Positions 26,278 to 35,069 of a DNA stretch of 41,365 nucleotides are shown here, in pieces (within the stretch, counting starts at the first letter, position 1; every line of letters starts with the position of its first letter). The translations under genes were made by a program, and so were the position numbers. The notes beneath the pieces were generated by a model that saw only the letters and a list, made by a program, of their open reading frames with translations, was not told where the DNA came from and made no database searches. The stretch comes from a virus (lineage: Duplodnaviria; Caudoviricetes): positions 1 through 41,365 of IMG/VR virus record IMGVR_UViG_3300017908_000157; one strand, 5' to 3'.

Positions 26278-27654
26278 TTAACCAGTAAACGCCGTTGACC
26301 CCTTTCTGCTCCCCCTAGCCTCCTCTTGATTCATCAAGTCACCTATCTGCACATCAGTTAAGCAGGTAAATAATCCGCTCTCATTCGTTTTCAGATAAAC
26401 AGTACGAGGCAAATCGCCATGCCTAAACTTAACAGGTATCAACTCAACAACGCCACGTAATGCTGTATTCTCGTTTACTACTTCCTCCCTATGGCTTGCG
26501 ATAATTAAATCGCTATCAGCTTCAATAGCGCTTGAACCATATATGTTTGACATTTGCGGGCGCTTTTCTTTATCCGTACCCCTGTTAGCCTGAGCCAATA
26601 GCAACACAGGCACTTTCACTTCTTTAGCCAGTTGCTTTAACCCCCGTGTAACTTCGCCAATCGCCAAATCTTCACGGTCTGCTTTTGGCAATGTCATAAG
26701 CTTCAAGTAGTCGATTACTATTAACGCCAACTTTCCACGACGCTTGATAGTAGTTTTTACCCTGTGTCGTATTTGCTGGAGTGACAAAGCCGGAGTGTCA
26801 TCATAGAAAATATCCAACTGCTTTCTATCCATCATTCCTAGCACATCGCCAAGCTTTGCAAATTGATAATCGTTAAGCTCTCCAGTCTTTAATGCTTTCG
26901 GTCCGATACCCGCAGTGATACCAACAAATCTATCCATGATTTCATCTTTCGACATTTCCATGCTAAAAAACTTCACCGCCTCACGCTTTGCTATGTGACT
27001 GCATATCAACTGCGCGATTAATGTTTTACCATGTGACGGTCTAGCAAATAGCGTAACAAGCCAATCTTCACCAATGCCTATGATTTCATCATCTAGCCTT
27101 TCAATGCCAGTCTTTAAACCTACCGCACTTCTATCGCCTTTTTGTCTTGCCTCTAGCCTGTCAATAAAGCTCGAACTTAAATCACCTATATGATTCGGCT
27201 CATACCCGCCGCTTAGGTCAATCTTTTGCGCCTCATTGCCAATGTATTGCAATACTTCGCTGTTTGGCTGCTTGTCGTATATCTGGCTTATGCCGTTGTG
27301 CAGTACGCCCATGATTTCTCGTGCGTTGTACTTATCCGCTACAATCTCAGCATACTGTAAGGCTGTTGCCGTTGAAGGTGTGCTTTTGCCTAATTCGGCG
27401 ATATAAGCAAACCCGCCGCACTCATCCAACTTGTTTAGCTTATCCAGCAAGTCAGTGATGGTGATTAGGTCGCGGTCTTTTAGTTTCGTCATGGCTCGGT
27501 ATATTTCCTGGTGAGCCATGTTATAAAACATTTCTGGTCTTAGCGTGTCGGTCACTTCTAGCGCTTTATGCTCGTTAGCATCCATCATCATTAAAGCGCC
27601 TAAAACGGCTTGTTCTGCCTCAATGCTGTGTGGTGGGATGTTTGTGTTTTCCAT
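26278..27654 (-). CDS. dnaB: Replicative DNA helicase
   Basis: PPHSIEAEQAVLG, ARPSHGKT, IVIDYL and SSAIEADSD motifs. Confidence 0.95.
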   Translation of the reverse strand: MENTNIPPHSIEAEQAVLGALMMMDANEHKALEVTDTLRPEMFYNMAHQEIYRAMTKLKDRDLITITDLLDKLNKLDECGGFAYIAELGKSTPSTATALQYAEIVADKYNAREIMGVLHNGISQIYDKQPNSEVLQYIGNEAQKIDLSGGYEPNHIGDLSSSFIDRLEARQKGDRSAVGLKTGIERLDDEIIGIGEDWLVTLFARPSHGKTLIAQLICSHIAKREAVKFFSMEMSKDEIMDRFVGITAGIGPKALKTGELNDYQFAKLGDVLGMMDRKQLDIFYDDTPALSLQQIRHRVKTTIKRRGKLALIVIDYLKLMTLPKADREDLAIGEVTRGLKQLAKEVKVPVLLLAQANRGTDKEKRPQMSNIYGSSAIEADSDLIIASHREEVVNENTALRGVVELIPVKFRHGDLPRTVYLKTNESGLFTCLTDVQIGDLMNQEEARGSRKGSTAFTG

Positions 27655-28163
27655 TACTTACCCCGCGAACTATTCCATGTGAAAGATGCAAGCATTCCAT
27701 TATCATCTTTAAGCCTATCGACAACCCTCTCACCAATAACAGATCTAAGTCCGTCAATGTCAAGGTTTGAAACAAGGCAGGTGGGCAGCATTTCACGATA
27801 CCTAATATCAATAATCTCATTAATCATTCTGTACTCGTAATCAGTAAGCTTGTAAGCACCAATCTCATCAATTACTAGATAAGGGCAATCCCTTGTTATT
27901 TGATCCATTATTTCTCTTTCTGGCATTTGGTTGTGAGCTAAGTTATCCCTAAACGCCCTGCCTATTCCTGATGCTGTAGACATAACTGCGCCATCAATTG
28001 AATTTACAATGCAATTAGCCAGCATAGTTTTGCCTGTTCCGCAATTCCCAACCATAATAAGGTTTCTTTTTTCTGACGCTGCCGAAATTGCGCTACCTTT
28101 TGCAATCTCCATTTCTGGGTTACTTGATTTCCAGTCTTCAAATTTAGTGTTTTCATATCTCAT
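27654..28163 (-). CDS. dnaC: DnaC/IstB-like AAA+ helicase loader
   Basis: GNCGTGKT, LVIDEIG, SNL and GERVVDRL motifs. Confidence 0.9.
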   Translation of the reverse strand: MRYENTKFEDWKSSNPEMEIAKGSAISAASEKRNLIMVGNCGTGKTMLANCIVNSIDGAVMSTASGIGRAFRDNLAHNQMPEREIMDQITRDCPYLVIDEIGAYKLTDYEYRMINEIIDIRYREMLPTCLVSNLDIDGLRSVIGERVVDRLKDDNGMLASFTWNSSRGK

Positions 28164-28165
28164 AA

Positions 28166-28891
28166 TTACCAGCCTTTTGAGTAGTCTTGTGTTTTAGTTG
28201 GATTTCTAAAATCTGTATTAGGTTTTGATTTTGCAGCTGCTAGGTAACCATTAAAGTTTTTTGCACTAAAAAGCGTTGACGGTCTCAGATATTGGCACAT
28301 CTTTTCATCATTACCCCATTCTGCGCTTTTTGCGTCTACAACCATTTTGATATCATCCGAAGTGAAACCGTCTGATATTCTTGCGGTAATATTTTGGATG
28401 TGTGACTTAGTTGAGTGCTTGTACTTGCTGCCAGTCACTTCATTAAGATATTCAAGGCAAAGTCGCGCTTGCTCGACAATATCTTTATTTGGTTCTTGGT
28501 TCTTGGTTAATGGTTTATGGTTAGCATTGCTTTCGCTATGCGTTCGCATACCTTTCGCATTATCTGCGCTATCCTTTTGCTTTGCCCATCTAGCTTCAGC
28601 GCTCTTTTTGGCTTTCTCTGACTTCTCCTTGTATGCATCAATATCCTCACTGGCTCTTTTGTTAATCCAGCCCTCTTCGGTCTCGCACCAAAACTCATTT
28701 AGAACCTGTCTTATTTCCTCTTGATTCTCGCGCATAACAATAAGCCTTGCTATTGACGCAATTTCACAAGGCAAAGGCTTTTCTGTGTCGTAGTGAAGGT
28801 CAAGCATGCGTCTATATGCGATATCTTCTAGTGGTGTTAAGTGCTTGGTTGACTTTGAATAGTCACCAATATTGAATTGGTAGTAATGCAT
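28166..28891 (-). CDS. Replication initiator (YdaU/DUF1376 N-terminus plus conserved phage C-terminal domain)
   Basis: MHYYQFNIGDY start; YLRPSTLF motif; upstream of dnaC and dnaB. Confidence 0.85.
   Translation of the reverse strand: MHYYQFNIGDYSKSTKHLTPLEDIAYRRMLDLHYDTEKPLPCEIASIARLIVMRENQEEIRQVLNEFWCETEEGWINKRASEDIDAYKEKSEKAKKSAEARWAKQKDSADNAKGMRTHSESNANHKPLTKNQEPNKDIVEQARLCLEYLNEVTGSKYKHSTKSHIQNITARISDGFTSDDIKMVVDAKSAEWGNDEKMCQYLRPSTLFSAKNFNGYLAAAKSKPNTDFRNPTKTQDYSKGW
28489..28578. repeat. Iteron-like repeats inside initiator gene (probable origin)
   Basis: 5 x 7-mer (T/A)TGGTTN followed by 5 degenerate 11-mers beginning GC. Confidence 0.6.
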
Positions 28892-28954
28892 GGTATAATT
28901 AACCTCGTAATGCACGTTTAACCCCGTAGGCTTGCCAGAGCCAATTATCGGGGT

Positions 28955-29149
28955 TTATTTTTTTACGTACTGTGTTTTCTTCTCAAATCCTAAATCGTCA
29001 AGAATTTGCTTTGTTGGGTTTCTCTTGCCATTTATAACAGAGTTGACAAGCGCAACGCTTACGCCAAGATATTTGGCATACTCAACTTGATTCTTGAAAT
29101 CAAGGTAAGCCCTCTTTTTCATCTCTTTTATTATAACTTCACATTGCAT
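28955..29149 (-). CDS. Cro/XRE-like HTH regulator
   Basis: NQVEYAKYLGVSVALVNSVINGKRNP. Confidence 0.85.
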   Translation of the reverse strand: MQCEVIIKEMKKRAYLDFKNQVEYAKYLGVSVALVNSVINGKRNPTKQILDDLGFEKKTQYVKK

Positions 29150-29170
29150 AATATTAAACCTTTTTTGTTT

Positions 29171-29198
29171 ATTATACCAGTGTTGTGCTGGTGGTCAA
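29171..29198 (-). promoter_or_regulatory. Sigma70 promoter of replication operon with spacer palindrome
   Basis: TTGACC-N16-TATAAT; ACCAG-N7-CTGGT at 29176-29192. Confidence 0.75.
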
Positions 29199-29456
29199 TT
29201 ACTTTGAGTTAAGCGCATTTGCTACCACTTCTGAGCAATCTCCGCATAGGCATTTATTCCCATGCTTTTCAAACCCGACAACGCCTATATTCTCTCCAAT
29301 TTTAAATTTATGGTTGCATCGAAAACATGAGCTCAGCTTGTCTCGCATTTTACTTCTTATTCTCACAAAATTTTCATCGTAAACGCAAAAGTTTGATTTC
29401 GACCACTTGATATTGTAATTCGTGGTTTTTGTTTTTGTTATGACCAAGTCACTCAC
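29199..29456 (-). CDS. Zn-finger hypothetical protein
   Basis: CFRC...CGDC. Confidence 0.7.
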   Translation of the reverse strand: MSDLVITKTKTTNYNIKWSKSNFCVYDENFVRIRSKMRDKLSSCFRCNHKFKIGENIGVVGFEKHGNKCLCGDCSEVVANALNSK

Positions 29457-29638
29457 TTCATTTCCTCCACTATAACCGCCGTCCTCGTTTCATGTATCAC
29501 ATACCCGCCATAAACCTTATTGCGTGATTTACCGCTGTATAACGGCATTCCTTTAGGGTTTGCGTGTAAGTGTTCGTCTAGTGCTATTTGTGCGCGTGGT
29601 GCGCGTGAGTCGCATTTAAATCGGTGTTCTTTCATCAT
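29453..29638 (-). CDS. Hypothetical protein
   Basis: Overlaps both neighbours. Confidence 0.65.
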   Translation of the reverse strand: MMKEHRFKCDSRAPRAQIALDEHLHANPKGMPLYSGKSRNKVYGGYVIHETRTAVIVEEMK

Positions 29639-29943
29639 TTCACCTGTATCAATTCTTTTTCGTAAAGCTTCATTTGCGTTTCTTGTAGCGCCCTCATTTG
29701 GTCATGCATATCAACCTTGCCGCTGTCTAACCATGAGTGACACCAATTGCAGCCATACACGCCGAATAAATCGGGCGATTTAAACCCCATGCCGCGATAG
29801 TTGCTTTGCAGGTGGCAAAATACAACTGTCTCACCATCTTGGCACTGCGGGTGAACTCGCAAGCTGCATGATTCGTTACGTGCGCTTTCGCGTATTTTCT
29901 TTGATTTAATCATTAGACTTTTCCTTCTCCATAAAATACTCAC
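29635..29943 (-). CDS. DUF1364-like nuclease-domain protein (start may be MIKSKK)
   Basis: IRESARNESCSLR, TVVFCH and GCNWCH motifs. Confidence 0.75.
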   Translation of the reverse strand: MSILWRRKSLMIKSKKIRESARNESCSLRVHPQCQDGETVVFCHLQSNYRGMGFKSPDLFGVYGCNWCHSWLDSGKVDMHDQMRALQETQMKLYEKELIQVK

Positions 29944-30385
29944 TCTCGCGTGGAATCATGTGTTTAATGCCGCGCTCTGTCATGTATTGTTCGTGTTTTA
30001 GCATTGCATTAAATCGCTGCCCTTTGTCAGCTATGTTGTCACCTGATTTAGCCCAGGAAAGGCGATTGCCTTGCGCGTCAACACCCAACCATTGAGCCGT
30101 AAATAATTCATGCGCATCATCAGCGTTAAATGGTCGTTTGCCGTAATGCTCGCCTTTTGGGTTTATCATTAGCGGCATAGTTACGCCGTTAGCAGCCATA
30201 AATTCAGCGGTTGAAGCCATCCAGCTACGCCAGAGACGGGATGAACTCCAATTACCCGATTCAGGATAAGGCTCTAGTGTGATTTTAATGTCCTTGCCTA
30301 GCTTGAAAGCCTCTTGCAGGTGGAATTTAACCATCAAAGTCCAATCGTTAGGCTTTGCTATTGGCAGCTTATCGGTTATTTTCAT
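29906..30385 (-). CDS. NinB/Orf-like recombination accessory protein
   Basis: LWRSWM...DAHELF; early-operon position. Confidence 0.5.
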   Translation of the reverse strand: MKITDKLPIAKPNDWTLMVKFHLQEAFKLGKDIKITLEPYPESGNWSSSRLWRSWMASTAEFMAANGVTMPLMINPKGEHYGKRPFNADDAHELFTAQWLGVDAQGNRLSWAKSGDNIADKGQRFNAMLKHEQYMTERGIKHMIPRESEYFMEKEKSND

Positions 30386-30576
30386 TACTCACCTGCCTTT
30401 ACAAATTCGCTAACTGACACATTGAAAAACATTGCCATTTTAGATAATAGGCGTGGATTGTTCTCGCCTAGCAATTTTGAAAGATACGCATTAGTTATCT
30501 TTAGGTATGCAGCTAGGTCTTTTTGCTGCTTTTCGTGCATTGCGCACATTACTTTTACTGATTTTTTGAGATTCAT
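30385..30576 (-). CDS. Cro/XRE-like HTH regulator
   Basis: QQKDLAAYLKITNAYLSKL...FFNVSVSEF. Confidence 0.85.
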   Translation of the reverse strand: MNLKKSVKVMCAMHEKQQKDLAAYLKITNAYLSKLLGENNPRLLSKMAMFFNVSVSEFVKAGE

Positions 30577-30617
30577 ACTTGTTTACCTTTTGAGTTTGTT
30601 TATACTAGGTATCAATC

Positions 30618-30645
30618 ATTATAAATGGTAAACTAAATAACGCAA
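30618..30645 (-). promoter_or_regulatory. Leftward sigma70 promoter of divergent control region
   Basis: TTGCGT-N16-TATAAT. Confidence 0.65.
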
Positions 30646-30650
30646 TGGAT

Positions 30651-30691
30651 AACTGGTCGGAGTTGTTAAACTTTAAAAATTCGCGTACATT
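30651..30691 (+). promoter_or_regulatory. FadR-like box promoter, class A (main rightward operon)
   Basis: AACTGGTCGGAGTTGTT-A-N17-TACATT. Confidence 0.8.
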
Positions 30692-30720
30692 TGCCACATC
30701 GAATCAACTGGAGATTTTAA

Positions 30721-30933
30721 ATGCGAGTATATCGCGGTCAATGGCGCAAGCCACTAAAGCAGAAAACGCCTAATGCTGGCACAAAAAACAAAGCACAGCA
30801 TAAGCGTAAATTTTTATGCAATGACGGCCCGCTATCAGGTCAATCATTATTTTTAACTGATGGTATCAGTGCAATTTTTACAATAAACGGCATTAAAGGC
30901 CGTTACAACAATGGAGATTGGGAACAATGCTAA
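30721..30933 (+). CDS. Basic hypothetical protein
   Basis: GGAGATT RBS. Confidence 0.7.
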   Translation: MRVYRGQWRKPLKQKTPNAGTKNKAQHKRKFLCNDGPLSGQSLFLTDGISAIFTINGIKGRYNNGDWEQC

Positions 30934-31928
30934 ACGTATTGGATGAATACAAAGGTGATAATTTTCACGTATACAACGCGGATTGTGTAGAAGTAGCAAG
31001 TCAACTACCTGACAATAGTATCGGCTTTAGCGTGTACTCGCCGCCGTTCTCGTCGCTTTACACTTACTCAAACAGCGATCGCGATATGGGTAACACTAAA
31101 AACCATAGTGAGTTTTTCGAGCAGTACAAATACTTAATTAAAGAAAAGTTACGCATTACAAAGCCAGGTAGATTAACGGCTGTGCATTGCATGAACCTTC
31201 CAACAACTAAAGGTCGCGACGGTTTTGTTGGTATGTACGACTTTCGCGGTGAAATCATTAAGGCGCACATTGAAGCTGGATGGATTTATCATAGTGAAGT
31301 TTGCATATGGAAAGATCCTGTATTAGCGATGCAGCGCACTAAGGCAAGAGGATTGCTGCATAAAACTGTAAAGACTGATTCATCAATGAGCCGCCAGGGT
31401 ATTCCCGATCATGTAGTCGTTTTCGTTAAGCCTGGCGATAACGACACACTGATTGATGGCGAGTTTAAATACTATGTTGGCGAGCAGGATTTAAATGAAT
31501 ACATCGCACGGCAAGCGCCGGATGCAATAAGCGGCCAGAAGTTTGTCGAGCGTATACTCGATGATGGGCGCACCCGTCAAAATCGCGAAACAGGCAGTAG
31601 TATCGACGTATGGCAGCATTACGCAAGCCCAGTATGGTTCGATATTCGTCAAACCAATACTTTGCAATTTAAAAGTGCTCGTGATTCAGAAGATGAACGT
31701 CACATTTGCCCACTGCAGCTTGACGTTATCGAGCGATGCAATCAGTTGTGGTCTCGTGAGGATGATGTGGTATTTAGCCCGTTCTTAGGTATTGGATCGG
31801 AGGGATACATCGCATTGCAAATGGGTCGCAAATTCATCGGCACTGAGCTTAAACCATCTTACTTTAAACTTGCTTGTAAAAACCTAGACAAAGCAACCAA
31901 CCAAGAAAAACAAACGGAGTTATTCTAA
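30927..31928 (+). CDS. DNA methyltransferase (N4-C/N6-A, beta class) with C-terminal QTELF
   Basis: SPPF motif IV precedes PFLGIGS motif I; ATG 30927 after GGAGATTG. Confidence 0.9.
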   Translation: MLNVLDEYKGDNFHVYNADCVEVASQLPDNSIGFSVYSPPFSSLYTYSNSDRDMGNTKNHSEFFEQYKYLIKEKLRITKPGRLTAVHCMNLPTTKGRDGFVGMYDFRGEIIKAHIEAGWIYHSEVCIWKDPVLAMQRTKARGLLHKTVKTDSSMSRQGIPDHVVVFVKPGDNDTLIDGEFKYYVGEQDLNEYIARQAPDAISGQKFVERILDDGRTRQNRETGSSIDVWQHYASPVWFDIRQTNTLQFKSARDSEDERHICPLQLDVIERCNQLWSREDDVVFSPFLGIGSEGYIALQMGRKFIGTELKPSYFKLACKNLDKATNQEKQTELF

Positions 31929-32941
31929 TGATCACTATTGCGAAAAAATACGCAGAAGAAATTAAGCAAGTATGTCAAGCGGCTGCGAGTCGCGCATCAA
32001 TCCAGGCTTTCGAGAATATTTATATTCATGCAGATGAAAGCGGTACTGTTAAATTAAAGGCTGGCGACTCAATGATTGAGATTACTCGGTTCATTGCGGC
32101 TGATAAATTTGAATCCGGCTTTGAAACGACGGTGAATGCACCTAAGTTCCTGCAAGCTTTTAACGCTTGCTCTGGTGATGTTCAGATTATTGTTAAAGAT
32201 AAAATGACCATAAAGTCAGGTAAGCGCAGATTTACACTGCCGATCATTAGCGCTGAGTCCTACCCAGCATACCCAGAAATGGATGACGCGCAAAAGATTG
32301 AGTGCGACGGGTTTATTGAAACCGTTAAGCAGTCAGCGTGGGCGGCTGGCAAGAATGATGTTAGATACGTTATAAATGGTGTTTATATTTCAAAAGATGC
32401 CGTTGGCACTAACGGTCATAAGATGGCTGTTACCCCAATCGGCCTGGATTGTGAAATTATTTTGCCAATAGAAACGATTAACAAAATCCCAGCCATTGAC
32501 GGTGATATTTATATCAGTGATTCGGTTATGGCTATTAAGTCAAAAGACGTTGAGTTTAAAACTAAGTTAATAGATGGCAGATACCCAGACTACAAGCGAG
32601 TTATTCCGACTTGCGACAAAACTGCAAGCGTTGACCTAGATGAGTTTAAAAGTGCCGTTAAAGCTGCTCAGATTACAGCTAGCAGTCAATTTAAAACCAT
32701 TGTCATGTCATTCGGTAGTGAGTGCAGTATTAGCGCGACAAGCTCTGATAAGCGTGAAGATTCATCTATCGGGTTCGAGTGTGATTGCTCTGATGCATTT
32801 GAGTTTGCCGTCAACTCCTCGTACCTGTTAGAAGCATTAAATGAGTTAACGTTGCCTAACGTTGAGCTTCAATTCTCATATGGGATGATGATGATTGAGG
32901 AGGCGGGTAAAAAATTAATTATTTGCTCAGTGAGATTGTGA
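31928..32941 (+). CDS. dnaN: DNA polymerase III beta sliding clamp
   Basis: GTNGHKMA, KLIDGRYPDYKRVIP, NSSYLLEAL and terminal SVRL match DnaN motifs. Confidence 0.9.
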   Translation: MITIAKKYAEEIKQVCQAAASRASIQAFENIYIHADESGTVKLKAGDSMIEITRFIAADKFESGFETTVNAPKFLQAFNACSGDVQIIVKDKMTIKSGKRRFTLPIISAESYPAYPEMDDAQKIECDGFIETVKQSAWAAGKNDVRYVINGVYISKDAVGTNGHKMAVTPIGLDCEIILPIETINKIPAIDGDIYISDSVMAIKSKDVEFKTKLIDGRYPDYKRVIPTCDKTASVDLDEFKSAVKAAQITASSQFKTIVMSFGSECSISATSSDKREDSSIGFECDCSDAFEFAVNSSYLLEALNELTLPNVELQFSYGMMMIEEAGKKLIICSVRL

Positions 32942-34305
32942 TGGAATATCAAGAATTTTTAAAACAGAAAGAATTTAACAAGGTTTCAGTTGGCTTTATG
33001 CCAACTGACCTAAACGAAAACCTATGGCTGCACCAGCCTGCTATTGTCGAGTGGGCTTGCCGTCGAGGTCGAGCTGCTATTTTTGCTGATACTGGTTTAG
33101 GAAAAACATTAATGCAGCTTGAATGGGCTAATCAGGTTTCACAGCATACTGGGAAGCCCGTGTTACTTCTTGCGCCGTTAGCTGTTGGCAGGCAAACAGA
33201 AAGTGAGGCGAAAAAGTTTAATATTTTATCGTCGTGCAGGTTTGTTGAAAGGCCGTGTAGCGTTACGCGCATACAGATAACCAATTATGAAAAGCTTGAT
33301 CACTTTAACCCAGATGATTACGCGGGTATCGTCATTGATGAAAGTTCAATACTTAAAGGACAAACGGGCGCATACAGAAAGATGCTAACTGAATTTGCTG
33401 CGAACATCGAATACCGACTAAGTTGCACCGCTACGCCAAGTCCTAATGATTTTATGGAGCTAGGTACGCAATGCGAGTTTTTAGGGATCATGTCACAAGT
33501 TGAAATGCTATCTATGTTTTTTACTCATGATGGCAGCGAGACTCAAAAGTGGCGATTAAAAGGGTGGGGCGCATCTAAGTTTTGGGATTGGCTGGCAACG
33601 TGGGCGGTCGTCATTTCTAGCCCTGCCGATCTTGGTTTTGATGGCTCAAGCTATGATTTGCCGCCATTAAGTATTGATGAAGTTATTCTCCATAAAGACA
33701 AAAAAGATGGCTTATTTGCCGATGTTGCTATGGGGCTTAGTGCTGCAAGACTGGCAAAGAAGTCGAGCGTGGAATCCCGCGTTAAAGCTTGCGCCGATTA
33801 CGTCAACTCGTTAAATGAACCTTGCTTGATTTGGGCTGAAACAAACGAGGAAGCCGATTTACTAGAAAAGGCAATTGATAATTGCGTCCAGGTCGCAGGC
33901 TCAACCAAAGAGGATAAAAAAGTTGATTATCTTATTGGGTTTTCTCAGGGTAAATATGACCGATTGATCACCAAGGCGAAAATAGCGGGCTTCGGGCTTA
34001 ACTGGCAGAACGCCTGTAAAATGACTTTCGTTGGTGCTACCTACTCATTTGAGCAGTTTTATCAAGCTGTACGCCGTGAGTGGCGTTTTGGCCAGACAAA
34101 GCCTGTTACTGTTAAGGTTTTTATGACCGAAGAAGAAACAGGCATACATAGCGCCATGCTTGCAAAGATGGAAAATGACAAGTTGATGCGTCGCGAAATG
34201 ATCAAGGTTATGTCTGAATCGATGAAAAAAGAGATAACGGGCGCATCAAGCGAAAAAGCGGAATATAATCCAACAGAAAACGCTTCGATGCCAAGCTTTC
34301 TGTAA
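32941..34305 (+). CDS. SNF2-like SF2 helicase
   Basis: DTGLGKT, DESS, TATP, GLNWQ and QAVRREWRFGQ motifs; ATG 32941. Confidence 0.9.
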   Translation: MEYQEFLKQKEFNKVSVGFMPTDLNENLWLHQPAIVEWACRRGRAAIFADTGLGKTLMQLEWANQVSQHTGKPVLLLAPLAVGRQTESEAKKFNILSSCRFVERPCSVTRIQITNYEKLDHFNPDDYAGIVIDESSILKGQTGAYRKMLTEFAANIEYRLSCTATPSPNDFMELGTQCEFLGIMSQVEMLSMFFTHDGSETQKWRLKGWGASKFWDWLATWAVVISSPADLGFDGSSYDLPPLSIDEVILHKDKKDGLFADVAMGLSAARLAKKSSVESRVKACADYVNSLNEPCLIWAETNEEADLLEKAIDNCVQVAGSTKEDKKVDYLIGFSQGKYDRLITKAKIAGFGLNWQNACKMTFVGATYSFEQFYQAVRREWRFGQTKPVTVKVFMTEEETGIHSAMLAKMENDKLMRREMIKVMSESMKKEITGASSEKAEYNPTENASMPSFL

Positions 34306-34343
34306 CTGGTCTAATCTGTTATGCGTCGATAATGGCGCATAAT
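34304..34343 (+). promoter_or_regulatory. FadR-like box promoter, class B
   Basis: AACTGGTCTAATCTGTT-A-N16-CATAAT. Confidence 0.8.
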
Positions 34344-34370
34344 GCCTTACCTATTAAAGGAGATTGAAAG

Positions 34371-35069
34371 ATGAGTAAGCCGATTGATTTCTGGGCTAAG
34401 GTCGAAAAGACCAACCCGAAATACACAAAAAACGCCAACGTATCAGGCCAGCAGCGAACCGCTGTTGATGCGCAATATAAAAAGAAAATGATTACTGAGC
34501 AATTTGGCATGTATGGCTTAGGCTGGGGCGTAAAGCCTGAATCTGAAAAATACGAGCGATGCCACTTTGAGAATCAAACCTGCATCTTAACTTATACAGC
34601 AACGGCTTTTTATAAGTGGGAGGGTGAGGTTGCAGAGTTCCCAATCGCCGCACAAATAAAAGAGTCATACGTAACTAAAAACGGCTCTGGATATTTAAAG
34701 ATAGATGATGAGGCAGTCAAAAAGGTTCGCACCGATGCGCTAACAAAAGGGTTTACAGACCTTGGCTTTTGCGCTGACATTCACATGGGTATGTTTGACG
34801 ACCAAGATTATGTTCACGGCGCTCAAATGGCGGCATATGCTAAAGAGCAGGATGAAAAAGAAGAAGCGGCGAAAAAGTCATACGATGAAATAAAGGCGTG
34901 GTTAGCCAATGAGCTTAAATCAGCTGAGACGGTTAGCAGTAACGAAGCGTATAACCGCGCCATTGATAGGTTAAAACAGAAAGTTGAAACGAAGTGTAAA
35001 GTGGCTGGATTGGCTAGTCGCGGATTTACCGATAAACTTGAAAACTCTAAACGGGAGATTGTGAAATGA
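34371..35069 (+). CDS. Rad52/Sak-like single-strand annealing protein
   Basis: FGMYGLGWG and DEAVKKVRTDALTK...LGFCADI motifs; near ssb. Confidence 0.65.
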   Translation: MSKPIDFWAKVEKTNPKYTKNANVSGQQRTAVDAQYKKKMITEQFGMYGLGWGVKPESEKYERCHFENQTCILTYTATAFYKWEGEVAEFPIAAQIKESYVTKNGSGYLKIDDEAVKKVRTDALTKGFTDLGFCADIHMGMFDDQDYVHGAQMAAYAKEQDEKEEAAKKSYDEIKAWLANELKSAETVSSNEAYNRAIDRLKQKVETKCKVAGLASRGFTDKLENSKREIVK

